DNA of 63,618 bases, the filler included, from Perkinsus chesapeaki ATCC PRA-425 (taxonomy: Eukaryota; Protista; Perkinsozoa): assembly GCA_013115145.1 (NCBI GenBank). It is 8 parts of 8 records of this genome, joined end to end, with 100 filler letters (N's around TTAATTAATTAA, not from the genome) between each part and the next. Parts side by side here need not be neighbours in the genome. Positions count along the whole stretch, not along the records: positions 28,773 to 51,222 come from JAAPAO010000580.1; 7 more parts are not named here. One strand, written 5' to 3'. Shown here in pieces: positions 37,601 to 50,820 of the stretch; position 1 is the stretch's first letter, and each line of letters opens with the position of its first letter. The translations under genes were made by a program, and so were the position numbers. The notes beneath the pieces were generated by a model. It saw nothing but the letters and a program-made list of their open reading frames with translations, had not been told where the DNA came from and did no database searches.

Positions 37601-40600
37601 TGGATGATGGTAGTATTATTGAATATATATTAGATAATGTAATATATGTATAATACAGGATAATAATATAGAGTATATTATAATAGTAGGTAGTCGATAA
37701 TAGAAAAGAAAAGGAAGGTGGTGGTGGTGGTGGTCATTTACATAGTTATAAATTAATAGAAATGCCTTACAAAAGGAGCATTAAACCTTACATACCAACA
37801 TTAAGGCAAATAAAAATGATGAAAAAGAAGGAACAAGAAGATGATATTAAAATACAAGAGAAGGAGGATGATGATGATCATGAGGAGGAGGAGAGGAGTG
37901 ATGCAGCAGCAGCAGCAGCAGAAGAAGGTGGTATTAAAGGGTCTTATATTAGGAGTTAAGTGGTATATATAGTATAATGGTATAAGGTTATTATTATGTC
38001 TTAGAAGACTATTAGTAATTAACTTACGTTATAATAATAATCGCTATATTGTTATGGATAAGGCTAAACTCGTTTCGTGACTGTTTCAGAGGGTGGTGAT
38101 AGTGTTATAGAAAAGAGTAATGATGGTGATGAATCTATTGTAGATGATGATGAAGGTTATATTACGGCATGTTGCGAGTAGGTTATATATAATAATAAAG
38201 ATTAGGTTATTATTATTATAAGGTATACATCATCAATAGATAGTTATATAATAACAGGTATAGGGAGATATAAAGGATATATATGGCAAGTTAAAATGAA
38301 TGAAGAAGAAAGCACAACATCAACAACAACAACAACAACAACAACAACAGTAGTAGCAGTAGCAAAGCCATTATTGGAGGTTATGGCATATGGAAAGACA
38401 TCATCCTCCTCATCCTCCTATCCAGGTTAGATAGATAAGGGGATGGTCGGTCATATTATTATATATTTAGTTCAAATGGATTGGTCATCATCATCATCAT
38501 CAAGAGGTCAGCTATTATTAATAGGTTTTAGTGATGGTAGAGTTTGGATGGTAAAGGTCCATGGTTCGATTCAATGTTAGGGTATTTAATGACCTCCTTA
38601 GGTTACTAAGGAATTGAAGAATTATATGGAGATTGGTTGCGGTGATGCTATTAATGGATCAATCACTGGGATAAGGCTATCTATTCATGAGAGCTGTCTT
38701 GTTGTATCTAGTAATGATGGTTCATTAAGTGTTAATACATTAGATATAGATAAAGTAATAGTGCTGGGGTTCGAACCCTCGACCTTATTAACAGGTTTAT
38801 GAAGCCAGTAGGCTACTAGATGCCCAGAAAAGGGAAGGGAAGAGTGGTATGATGATAGATGATATGTTCCCAGCACCAGATGGTAGTCGACGATATGGTA
38901 AGGTGGTTACGATTATGGTTATTGTATTATATATATGGTTATTAGGGTTAACTGCTGTAGAGGATGATAATGCTATAGGAGATAGTTGTGTAATAGATTG
39001 GGGGATAGCAGGTGATGTAGAGGTGATATCGATAATAAGCTAATGATAATGAGCTGGATAAAGGGGATATAATTAGGATATAATAAGGTTAGATCATTAT
39101 TCTATTGAAGAATCTAAATTAAAGGATGAAAGAGATAAAGCATATTCAATAGCAGAAGGCCATAAAGATAAGGTATTTGTTATTATTATTCTTGTTGTTG
39201 TTGAATTATTATTATACAAGGTACGAGAGGAGGTGTCATACCTTAGAAAGGAGTTAGAAAGTATTAAAGATTGGTTAATAGCTGAGGTAGGTGGTGTTGT
39301 GCTGCCTATAAGGGGGATAATATTGTAATATATTGCATAGATAAATAAAGATAACCTTCAACCATTAACTAAACAAGAGAGTATAGCTATATTTACAGTA
39401 GACCAGGATTATGTTAAGTCACTGCGCCAGGAAATTGATAACACAGTTGAGAAGGTGGCACATGATATGGTTGGTGGTGTTAGGTCTTTAATGAGCTTTT
39501 ATGTTAGGTTAATATTGAGATGGCTTATGAAGTGGAAAAGAGTATATTGGCTTTAAATAAAGTAAATGATCGTTATCTTGATGGGATAGATTGTGAAATA
39601 ATAATAGTAGAAACATTTAAGAGAGGAGAGAATGGTAAAGAAGAAGAAGTTGGTGAGCTGGGGAAATAGCTGGGGTTATAGAGTATATAGAAATATTAAT
39701 AATAGGTACCTTTAGAACACGTATATTATCAGATGAATTCAGATATGAGTTAGAAAGACTTAAAGAACTGATAGATCGATCAAGTAGTAGTAGTAGTAGT
39801 GATGGTAGATGCGGTATAATAAAGGTAGGTAACAGTGGGACTAGAAGGAAGACGCCTGATAAGAAGAGACATGTCATAGATGATAATAAGGGTAGGTTAT
39901 ATGATAATAATAAGGCAATATACATATATTATAGAAGGTGATAATATAATTAATGATGAAGGGGATGAAGGACAATTGGCAGGGTTTAGTGTTGTGCAAA
40001 AAAGGGATATAAGAAGGGCTAAAAGAGAGGATAGAAGGAGAAGATTGAATGAACTTGAAAGTAGTAGACCAGATGGTAATATAGATGATGAAAGGGATGT
40101 AATATATATGGATGATAGGCAAAGGGGTTGTTAAGGTGGTTAATTGGGATGTTTAGATTGAAGCTATTAAACGGGCTGAAGAGGGTATAGGGAGTTATAT
40201 ATTAAAGTCGAATGAAGAATATAAATTGAATGAAAATAATGAAAGGTAAGTATATTATTAATGAGTATTGAATAATATATTATAGCTTATTATTATATTT
40301 AGGATGAATACTGATAGTAAAAGGAAACAGATGTTATTATTGCAAGAAGCATTATATACAATTATGAGTCAATTTAATAAACAAGTTAGTTATTGCTGTG
40401 GTGGTGATGGTGGAGAAGAAGATCATTTGATGTTAAGGTACTTGATTTGAGAAATGAGAAAAGGAATATACGAATGGAATTGATTAAAGATATAGGAAAA
40501 CTAAGGGATATTGACAAAGTATTATCAAAGGAGAAGGAAGAGGGTGATGAGAGTTGTTGTATAACATCATCGATTGATGAATTAGAGTGAGATGAAGCGT

Positions 40601-43281
40601 TAATAATAATAAAGGGGCGGCATGAATTGTTATAGGGAGATATTTCATATGAGAGAAGGGTGTGGTGATAATAAGGGTTTAGCGAGGTATAATGCAATAA
40701 TAGATATGTTAAGGAAAGATTTATCGAAAGAATATCCACAAGAAAATAGGGTAATGTTATTACGTAGTTATAAAGTTAAGTATTATTAAAAGGTTAATGG
40801 AGCCGGAGCGGAGCAGCAGTTGTTGTTGTTAGCCGAACCTCCAACAGAGCAGGTATTACTCTTATTATGAATCGTGTTGTTACATATCACTAATATAGAT
40901 ATCTCATATAGTATTAGGAAATAAAGACATAACAATGTCATCATCAGTTAATAGAAGACATGCATTAGGTAAATTATATAAACATAGGAATGTAATTAGT
41001 ATGGTATATTGTTGAGGTATGATAGATGATGAAAAGGAAAGGGAAAGAGTTAAAAACAACATTTTAAAGTAATAACACAACTACTCAACTTGTTGAATAC
41101 ATCTGCATCTGTGTAGAGCTGCAAGAGATAACATAATATATAGGATAAAAGATATTGTCGAAAGGTTTGATAGGAAGGTTATAGATATGGGGAATGAAAG
41201 AGTTAAATTATATAGTGATATTAAAATGGGAGAGATTAGGCTTATAACACTGTAAGGATGTTGTTGTAGTAGTAAATGATAGTGTAGTTAATAATGCGGT
41301 GGTATTATTAGATATGAGGAATTATCATTATTGGTTAATCTAGAGGATGCTGATGGAGCATTATACCGTAAATTGGATAAGAGTATTGAGGAGATGACAA
41401 CGGTTATGGATTGTATTAAAGAATGTCAAATATCACTTTTGAATAAAAGAAGAGAGATTGAGAAATGGGGGGTAAAATAATAATATAGTAGTAGTAGGGA
41501 TATTGATGAATTAGGTTGAAGAGGATAACTTACAAAACGAGTTTAATATTATTATTACTGAGAATCCTGGTTCTGAAACATTTACATCAGCTTTGACTAA
41601 GATATATCGAAGAAAGGTTAAAAGTATAATATATATTATGAAATGAATTAAAAGAACAGTTTGTGTGATGACTCAGGGCCAAAAAAGAGGACAGAAGAAG
41701 AGGGAAAAGATGGAGATGATGACAGTTTCGATTCTGATCTGGATTCTGATAGGTGTGATGCTGAAGTGTGGTATGAGTAGATAATATTCTTAATATTTAG
41801 TGATATTGATAGTAACGCAGAGGAGGTAGAAGAAGAAGCTGAGGAGGATGTATGCCCTACAGGTTGCAGTGAAACTGTTTTTAAATCAGTAAAGTCATAT
41901 ATATAGTCCACAATAGTTGATTTAATAATAAAGGTAATTGAACTTCGTAATAAAAGATTAGATATGGAGGAAGCATTAAATGATATACAAAAGGCTGTAG
42001 AGGAGATAAAAAAGGAACATTTAAGATTATTACAAAAGGAGAAATCACTTGATAAAGAACAACTACAAGCTGAAGAGTGAGATATTATAGGGGAAGATGA
42101 GTTAACATAGAATGATGATGGTTTAGGAAAATACGACAATTTCAAACCGAGAAACAGAGACAGTTAAACCTTCTTCATACCATATTTATTATGAGATTAT
42201 CTCAAATTCAGTAATTATGGCTCCCCTTTATCATTAATATACAATATTGCAGATGCTTATCAATTGCTGGTAGCTCTACTAGACTACGGTCTAGGGATAC
42301 TCCTAATGCATCACCATCCCTAAAGCCTGGACAATCTCTTCGATTACCGCCAAGTCTTGATAATGGTTATGTAAGATGATCATAGTATTGTCAAGGGTTA
42401 TAATGAACTAAGGAGTAGGTTGTATTTACTAAGGCATCTTTGGAAAGATTAATGAAGAGGATATTGGAGTTGCATGAAGAGAAGGCAGTTGTTATCCGAG
42501 AATATAAGGAGTTGAGGAAAGTATATAGTAATAAATCTAAAGAGAATAAAAAAGTAATAAAGTGAAGTAGTAAGAGGTTGATGATAAGCAGAATTATATA
42601 GATTTGTGAGGATTTACAAGAGCTTGAAATTAAATTAGAAGAAATACAACAATTGAAGTTTGGTCAGCTTGTGGATATTGATCATTTAGAGAAGAGTGGT
42701 GAGTAATCTTCCAGCTCCAGCTCACGGTTAGAACTCACGGCAGTTGGTAGTGTTCAGGTAAATCAAGAGAACAGGAAGAATTGGAGAAGAAATTACGTGA
42801 ATCTGAATTGAAAATAAGAAGTAGATTGGGTCATTGGGAGGATAAAATAAAAAACGAAAAGTGATTACAAACGATACATTTCATAGAGTAACTGTTTTTA
42901 ATCACTTTAGACGATTATATGTAAAATTAACAAAAGGTAATACGGAGATGATGGAAGAGGTTGGAAGACTCGGGCAAAGTCGAGCAACATTAGAGAATGA
43001 CTTAAATGGGAGGATTACTACTGTTACTGTCGATGGAGGAGGGCCGCAGCAGCAGATAACATCTGATGTTGTTTTTGATTTAGAATACGAGAGAATGCAA
43101 GACTTACTTAATATGCAGGTTGGTAGTTGTATTGTTATAATAATAGTTGGTAATATTATTTATATTTCAGCGTAAAGAGATTGCTACACTTCAAGCTGAG
43201 ATTGAATTATTCCGTAGAAAAGGTGGACATATTTATACAACAGTTACCGCAGTTGATACTTCGGCAATATATAATAATTAA
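34645..43281 (+). CDS. CFAP44: Cilia- and flagella-associated protein 44 (WD-repeat plus long coiled coil), many short introns
   Basis: Exons give [61 protein letters not shown]...[18 protein letters not shown], and C-terminal [10 protein letters not shown] and [14 protein letters not shown], all characteristic of CFAP44/WDR52. Confidence 0.92.
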
Positions 43282-43425
43282 TATTATTATAATAATGAAC
43301 ATGTGATAATCATCATTAGCTGTCATTTATCATTGTTATTGAGTTTATAAGTAACAAAACATAATATAATAAATGTCATGTTGTCATGAACGATCGATGA
43401 GCATCACATGTTGTTAATTTCTCTG

Positions 43426-44530
43426 TTAAGTATAATCTTTTCCTTTTCAACATAGGCAGCTATTTGCCTTTCTAACCCTCCCATAGCACCGGCCCTTTCA
43501 GACAGCTTTACTGTTGATGATGAAGTTGGGAACATCTTCGATAAACATACCTAATATTATATAAAGTATTGATGGTGTTGTTGTTAATAACCTCCCATCC
43601 TTCATACGGTTCATCAATATCCTGTAAACTGTCTGTACCAAATGATATCGCCTATTACCATTATAATATTTTATAGGTTAAATAATGATTACCAGTTCTT
43701 TGCTGTAATCTGTTGTATTTGCCATCTGTGGCGGTATTAATGGTATATTAGGGGTAGTAGGGAATAGATTAGCTCTTAAGTATGAGGTAAATATTTTAAT
43801 ACCATTTCCTCCGTTACGAAGGGATAATGTAAGTAATGAGCATTCATTATGATGACACAAGCATCTGTATAATGTTCACTATGATACCAGTTATCATCAA
43901 ATACAACCTTAATGCATTCAATAATGTCCTTTTATTATCTGGATCAGCTAAACTTGATAACTTGTCCATCTTAGTCGCAACAACTATAACACGGTTAGGA
44001 TTATCCATCTTGTGTATTAGCATTTTTCGAGCCTGTGTGTTATGATGATAGTTGTTGTTATCGACTACCGTACCATCCTTACCGACTCAACGCCTACAAG
44101 AGCCTCTTTATACATCATATCTGGTCTTGATAGATCAACAACAATTACAACAACAATATTAGTAAATCGTTGAGCAATCTAATTAAATAAAATAACATTT
44201 ACAAAATACCGATTTACCAATTCAAAGAGTTGAGGAGCTGAAGCAGTGTTGCTACCAATGTCAAATATATGGCCCTAATGAGAATGTAACAATATCATAT
44301 ACCGCCAACTTACCAAAGTCAAACCACCTTCTTTTGATTGGACAGGGCGACGGACATAATAGTAACTATGAATAGGATGATGATGATGGAAGAGGGTTGA
44401 ATAATTAATATCTACTCGATAACATTGGGTGTTGGTTCAACCTCTGGCAACAGCAGGGAGAGGTTTTGTTGAGTGGTTGAAGTGAACTTAGTAAACCTGA
44501 ATAATGATAGTTACTCAACTTATTCATGAA
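43426..44530 (-). CDS. DYNC2LI1: Cytoplasmic dynein-2 light intermediate chain, multi-exon; start uncertain
   Basis: Exons give PTPNVI...YYYVRR, GHIFDIG, VVVIVVDLSRPD and VIVVATKMDKL...KRTLLNALRLY, matching PKPTxALEY, AHxWELGG, LVLDLSKP and GSKYD...RKxIxxxLRF of the family. Confidence 0.72.
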
Positions 44531-45876
44531 ACATTACTTTTTAATTAATGATGTTTTACCACTACCTTTGCTACCAATAAATAATGCAGCTGTTTTATGA
44601 TCATCACAAGTTGATGATGTATTACGACGATCAACCAAATAATCCTATAAAGATACTCACATATCATCATACTCTACATTATACCTCTACAAGTCTTTCC
44701 CAAATCGCCAGATTCGTCATTAGATTCACTACAATATTATTAACTTATCATAAACACAAAGGACATCACAGAGACCTTTCTGTCGAAACCCATTATTAAT
44801 GATAATATCAACAGTCATTGTTATCATACACAATATAACCAACTTCATCATCAAGTATCGCCTGCACTGCTGATGTTACTATTGGAAATTGATAATACTT
44901 TACTAGAAGTTCATTGATAATAGTTGTATTATTACGAGGTATACATTAACCAATCATCCTTATCATCACCGATACCGAACAACGACAACATTAGCACCAT
45001 CTTTTTTATCGAAGCCTTCTATCGACTTCATACAACAGATATCAATAAAGGATATACGAGCTTGGTGAGGATGCTGTAGCTGGTATCGGTGGGCGGCGGT
45101 GATACGAGTAGAGTTGTTAATAGCTATTAGAGAGATACTCTTATCATCTGTATAACTATTACGTATCATCAAGGCGATGGAAATTATAGAGCAGCAGTTT
45201 AGCAATGGATAGATAAATAGGTAAGCCAGCGGTTGTTGAGAGAAGAAAGACGGAGAGAAAATGAGGATAGCAGATAAAGTATTGATTATTTGAAGGAGAT
45301 ACATCAACTTATCAACAAACAGAGGGGGGGGGCAGGATTCCATTACCAATAACCAAGTATAACCATTATCAACGTGACCTTGCTGATATATGATTCTAAT
45401 TAAAGGTAATAGATAATTTCCAAAGTAATTAATGAGCGTTTATGTCACCTTCTTGCAGTAGTAGTAGGTAACTAGCCCATCATTGTTGTTATTGGTGTTG
45501 GAGCTTGGATAATGGTACTACTTGTAGTAGGAGAGATGATGGCAATACTGGTAGTAGTAGACAACAGTGATGACAATGATGTTAACAAGAATAATAACCA
45601 CTGAACATACAACAACGACTATGAAGACGACGATGATATTAACGATTATAATGAACGTGGTGTTAACCTAATAATAATATGTCGGTGGTGATGTTATAGA
45701 ATACTAAACCTTACAAGTCCTTGAAATCCACCTTCATGAAACACCTTAAGAGGAGGAGGAGGACTCCATAAATAATATCATCATCATCATCTCAGAGTTG
45801 GCTGCTGCTTAGGGTGGTTATTATCAACAACATAATCATGCATTACAACTAGTAGATACAATAACACTGAAAAGTG

Positions 45877-46313
45877 CTAATGGGATGATGATGCAGCAGC
45901 AGCCTGTTGAGCGGCAGCCTCCTTCTTTATGTTCTGAAAAAGGAATATAATAACTAATCGAATTATAGCTAACTTACCTCAAGAACAAATCCAGCAGGTT
46001 GAGCAATAGTCTGGGCTGATGGAAGAAGTCTAGGATCAACAGTTGTTGCATTTCCTGCTGTTTCTGGCTCAGCCTTTTCCAGAAGTTCAGCAGGCATTGC
46101 CACACATTGGGCTGATGGTAATAACTTAGGATCAGTATGATCAATATCAATTCCTTGAGGGGTCCCCGAGGCAGCAGCAGTAGTAGCTGGAGTCTCAGTA
46201 GTAGCACCAGTGGTAGTATGGTCAGCAGCAGCACCTTGCTCATGTTGTTGTTGATCCTTACTGGGCTGGGTAGGCTCGTTAGTCTCCTCTGGCTTTGATG
46301 AGAAGCAACCCAT
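45877..46313 (-). CDS. Small predicted dually acylated protein (MGC N-terminus) with an internal duplication
   Basis: MGCFSSKP (Gly2 myristoylation, Cys3 palmitoylation pattern) and repeated DP[KR]LLPSAQ. A GT-AG intron joins to NIKKEAAAQQAAAASSSH-stop. Confidence 0.65.
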
Positions 46314-46761
46314 TACTAGTGAAAAATTAGCGTATTACTCTAATAACATAACCATAACATATCACCACCTTACGTACATCTAAAGACCGTTTCAATATGT
46401 ACGCATGCACATGACCTAACCATATACTTGACCTAAAGATACCTTTAGCAATCCTAAACCAGGATACATATCTTATAACATACAGTAACCACCTCGCCAC
46501 TTTCACTTTACCCGACAACAACCTTCTACGCTAAAATTCTCCTCGAGCAGTAGATGTAAATCTCGCTCGCCCTAAATTAATCAGTGGTTGATGGATGAAA
46601 TGAATGCGCGTTAAGGGAATAATGAAGGTTATTGGTGGGCAATTTATTGAGCTAGCTTGTACTAGCTTAATAATAGCATATAGCGTCGCTTCGCTCATCG
46701 CTCCTCCTATTTTGGAGACTTCTTGAATCACAACGAATAAGGCAAATTGAGCCTAAAAGGG

Positions 46762-48506
46762 ATGTATGGACATGTTAGTGCTGCTGTAGTGGCCATTCTT
46801 CAAGCCCCTTATGTATGTTAATATCTTCTAATATTATAAACGTTATTAGGACGTTATTAGCAGTAGTACCAGTTGCTTACGGCAGTATAGCAAATGGTGA
46901 AGGTCCAAGAAGCCTTGTAAGGTACAGTTGTAGCTAAGATACGTAAATCATTCGATTAGGTTGTGTTACCGGGACAGCTGCAACAACAGGTATCGGGACC
47001 CTTATTAGTTAGTTAAAATAAGTTAATACTATTCGTCATTGTGTCACTTTTAGGTAGGCAACAATATCCCTGCCACTACACAACAGCAGGCTCCTCGAGC
47101 TTTACCTATGGTTGGTTATTGTCATTGTACACATAGGATAGAATTGTTTAGGTTCAACAGCAGTATCAATTAGCACCTGCGGCCGCTGCTGCTAATGAAA
47201 ACCTAATCAATGTTCCCAAACAGCCTGCAACATCCATTATACAACCGCAAATAAACCGTCAGGCTGCAGAGATACAACAACAGCAACCTCTACAAGCCAT
47301 ACCAATACAACAATCATTGGGCCAGGTGCTAGTCCCACTAAGCCAACTTCAACAACCAGCCCCTCTAGCACAGCAGGCCCCTCTAGCACAGCAGGCCCCT
47401 CTACCACAGCAGGCCCCTCTACCACAGCAGGCCCCTCTAGGACAACAGGCCCCTCTACCACAACAGGCCCCTCTAGCACAGCAGGCCCCTCTAGGACAGC
47501 AGGCCTCCTCTCCCCTCGTACAACAGATATCAGGGCCTGAGGTAGACTTTCTTTATAGCAATATCTTCGGGGTTTGTACTTATTAAGCAGGTAACGACAG
47601 TAAACATGCCACGACAAATAGCACCTTCTGTGGCTTTCATGGCTTCTGGTGGATCAGTTGGTCCTGATAGTGAAGTTACTAATGTAACACATATCCTAAC
47701 ATCGTTAAGTGTCTATACTAATACCCAGGCCCTCCAAACAAATGTAGACCCTTCGAAGACAAATGAGAATACTTCCCTAGAAAAAGGTGATCTACGTTAT
47801 CCGCTATATTGAGAACAAAGAGTCTGAATAGGTTCAGAGAAAGCAGCAGCACGTTTCCCTGTCTGGGCAATAATAGTTATAATAGCAATAGTAGTATTGC
47901 TTGTAATCATAGGATTGGTAATTAGATGGCAATTGAGTAAGATGTTATATGCTAGTCCTACTAGTCATCATCATCATCATCTTGTAGATAAAGGTCGTGA
48001 AAAGAGAGCTCGAGCTAATGTGCAAGCTTGGTATAAAGGACGACGATTGGATAGATCCGTCAGCCCTACATCGACTACTCAACGACCTCAAGCACCTGCC
48101 CAACCTCATCATCCATCTCATTATGCTAGATTCCTTAAACCTAATGATATTGCTAGCAGTGTAAATTGTTATTAATGAAGAAGTAATTATAATATCAATA
48201 TTATTCAGATTGCTAATACCTCAGAAGATGCGAGTAATGATGTACGAGGGGGAGGGCGAGGAGGAAGTCACTCCTCTCAACATCATCATCATCATAACCA
48301 TCACGGAAGGTATCTCTCTACATGACCATTCTCAATTCTATGATTAGGAAGGAGCCTTCTGACCGAAGTGGTGCTCATCATCATCATAATCGGCACCACA
48401 ATGAGATTCGCAGTGAAGCTTCGAGTCGAAGCCCAGAGCCGGCCGCTGCTCGAGCATCTCGTTATCAGCCCCGAGGGACTGCAGCAGGCCCTCTTCGGCT
48501 GCATTA
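46762..48506 (+). CDS. Multi-exon low-complexity probable type I membrane protein with a QQAPLx repeat; ends approximate
   Basis: Hydrophobic N-terminus, Gln/Pro repeat, TM segment VWAIIVIIAIVVLLVIIGLVIRW (about 47860-47930) and His-rich tail. Confidence 0.5.
47353..47511 (+). repeat. 18-bp tandem repeat, about 9 units, encoding QQAPL[A/P/G]
   Basis: Consecutive CAGCAGGCCCCTCTA[GCA/CCA/GGA] units. Confidence 0.95.
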
Positions 48507-48796
48507 GACATGACTAGACACTTGTATACGCGTGTTATTCTGATATTATCAAATTGTATTGTGTAAGTATGTTACGCATCACAATTGATTTTACCGTCAA
48601 GGGACGTCTCAACTTAACACAATACAATAGCAGATAATAATATTATTAAAACCTTTTTGCTGAATGCTAGTCTAATACGCGTACCAAATAAAAAGGTACA
48701 TCTAATAGTTATATGATGGAATAGATTAGTAATTGCACCACCACCAGCTAATGAAGATACTCTATACCCCCGTATAACTGATGGGGAATTAACAAA

Positions 48797-49180
48797 CTAG
48801 TTTTTGTGTTCATAATAGCCAGGATTGCCAAAGTAGTTTACCACAACCGTATCCTGTATAGGATAGAACTTCATGTTGTTGAAAGTGGCGCCGCCAATCT
48901 TATCAGGGAACTCGCTCTTCAGGATATCCAAGTTTTCCTCACTGAGAGTTATGTTGATGAAGTTCTTATCGTCAATAATATACTTACCCCAATAAAGTAC
49001 AGACGTCTTAGAATCTTCAATATAAACAGCCTTTGTAGCGGGGTCAAATATGAGATACGAGATTGGCTGGGATTCTACAGTAGCTTTATATAAACCATCC
49101 GGCTGATCTTCAGCATATACAACCGGACAACATACCAAACTATACAGGAAGGCGAAAAGAATGATGGGAGAAGAGTTCAT
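48797..49180 (-). CDS. Intronless secreted orphan protein, 127 aa
   Basis: Signal peptide MNSSPIILFAFLYSLVCCPVVYA-EDQ and a complete ORF. Confidence 0.7.
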   Translation of the reverse strand: MNSSPIILFAFLYSLVCCPVVYAEDQPDGLYKATVESQPISYLIFDPATKAVYIEDSKTSVLYWGKYIIDDKNFINITLSEENLDILKSEFPDKIGGATFNNMKFYPIQDTVVVNYFGNPGYYEHKN

Positions 49181-49657
49181 ATTCGGAGGGAGTTACTATA
49201 AATGCTATGATTGATATGACCCAATGCCTGTAAGGAAGTAGCTTGGGAGACGCTAGATATTACAGAGATACTACTAGAGGGGTACACGAAGGGAGAGCGA
49301 GAAAGTGCCCGTCACAGTTATCATTAATACAGACAATAATGTCTTGTCACGGTTGGTGTCACAGTGACCGACTGGGCGGCCCGGTCGGCTCGGCCTACAA
49401 TTAGCAAGTGTTATGTTAACCAGGCTCTTTTTGCCCAAGAAAGTGTTTATAGATGTAGCAACCCGTTAACGTAGATCACTTAACCTGAGCCATTAAGAAT
49501 ACCGGTCATTATAACTATGTTATAGTTCGATTCAAGTGTACAGTTCTGCACTGCATAGTGGGCGACATTCACAATTTCCGCATATAATCCATAGTCTCTT
49601 CTCGAGATTTATAAGGTATGACTAAGGATTGTCAAGTTGAGAAGTATGTAGCTAGTC

Positions 49658-49679
49658 CACTCAAGTTGAGTGACTCAAC
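49658..49679. other. 22-nt footprint, perfect; target CACTCAAC
   Basis: CACTCAA-G-TTGAGT-G-ACTCAAC. Confidence 0.85.
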
Positions 49680-49699
49680 ATCAATTAGACTTCCCGTCA

Positions 49700-50820
49700 T
49701 CGAATTCGCCGCTTGCTAGGGATCATTCAGCGTGTTATGGACCATAACCCATAAACCAGAAAATGCTTGAATGTCTTATATTGCTCTTACAACAGCGAAG
49801 AAATCTGGAGAAGTATCAAAGCTGAGCTATAGCAATGTGAACTGCTCGAGGTTGACAGGTCAATGAACTCGGGTTCGATCCAGGTGACGTGGACCGAAAT
49901 GATTTAGCATCCTACAAGACCTTCGAGGCTGCTAAGTGGCGGAGAATCATTTTTGACCATTATCATAACGGCATTATGGTGCCACATAAGGCCAAAAATT
50001 CTGAGTAGAATAATAAAGGACGAAATATTCCAATATAGAAATGTCATGGGCTAATGGAAAGCCCTGGTCACCGAGGTAAACCGGCAACGTGCATATCGAG
50101 CACAAGATTTGCGCTCGAATTTATACTTATTTTGACTAGAGAACATATCCTTGACGTACTCGTTAATGATCACATCTGAGTTATTTTTAAACTCTTGAAA
50201 AACACGAGTTGATGATAATTTGACGCGCAGTGTATATATCGATGTCTATCTTGTGCCGCTGATATATTGATATGTTCACCGGCGTCAGTCTGTCACGACT
50301 CGATCCGCTGGAACCAGATGATTCACCCATGCACTTCTATCGTTGCTGTGTTTATTGAGGATCGGCTCGCGAAGGCAGCAAAGACAATGTAGAATTAAAC
50401 AAGTTTGCAACTGTAGCAAGGAAGTGCGGTTGCTTAATTAGGTTATCGCTTGCCTTTGGTGTGTTATTCACTACTATCTCTAGCGTGAGGTAAATATCCG
50501 CCAAGGTCCCTTGTGTTAACCCATCTGAGCTCCTAGTCCAGAACTCGTTAACGACTGTTATGACACCTCCTCCAATCATTCTTCTGATTGAGAGCCCGTA
50601 AGTTAATAAGTTACCTCGCTGGGTTTCCAACACCACTGTTATCAATATTATCTCTGGCGTTCTAAAGATGTCACTGTGAGTATCGGGAAAGGTTGATAAC
50701 CCAGAGAGTCGTCTCCGGACAACTCACACTTAGTGCATTCACACCAGCGGCACCTTCAATGACCAGACCTCGATTTTGAGCTAATATCCTTGATATGGGG
50801 GTATGTGCGGTTTCGTGAAA
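49700..50820 (+). mobile_element. Decayed Ty3/Gypsy pol (integrase region) remnant
   Basis: WRRIIFDHYHNG at about 49937-49975 resembles the integrase Zn-binding H-H region. The rest is frame-broken. A G-run/TG junction near 50797 may mark PPT/LTR. Confidence 0.35.

Noticed and set aside
39617-42145. Minus-strand Ser/Leu/Ile-rich ORFs (39617-39925, 40386-40739, 41648-42145)
   Set aside because: Antisense shadows of the Glu/Lys/Asp-rich CFAP44 coiled-coil exons.
24194-46572. Exact 15-mer AAATCTCGCTCGCCC shared by 24194-24208 and 46558-46572
   Set aside because: About (6.3e4)^2/2/4^15, or roughly 2, such matches are expected by chance in a window this size, and the flanks do not extend.
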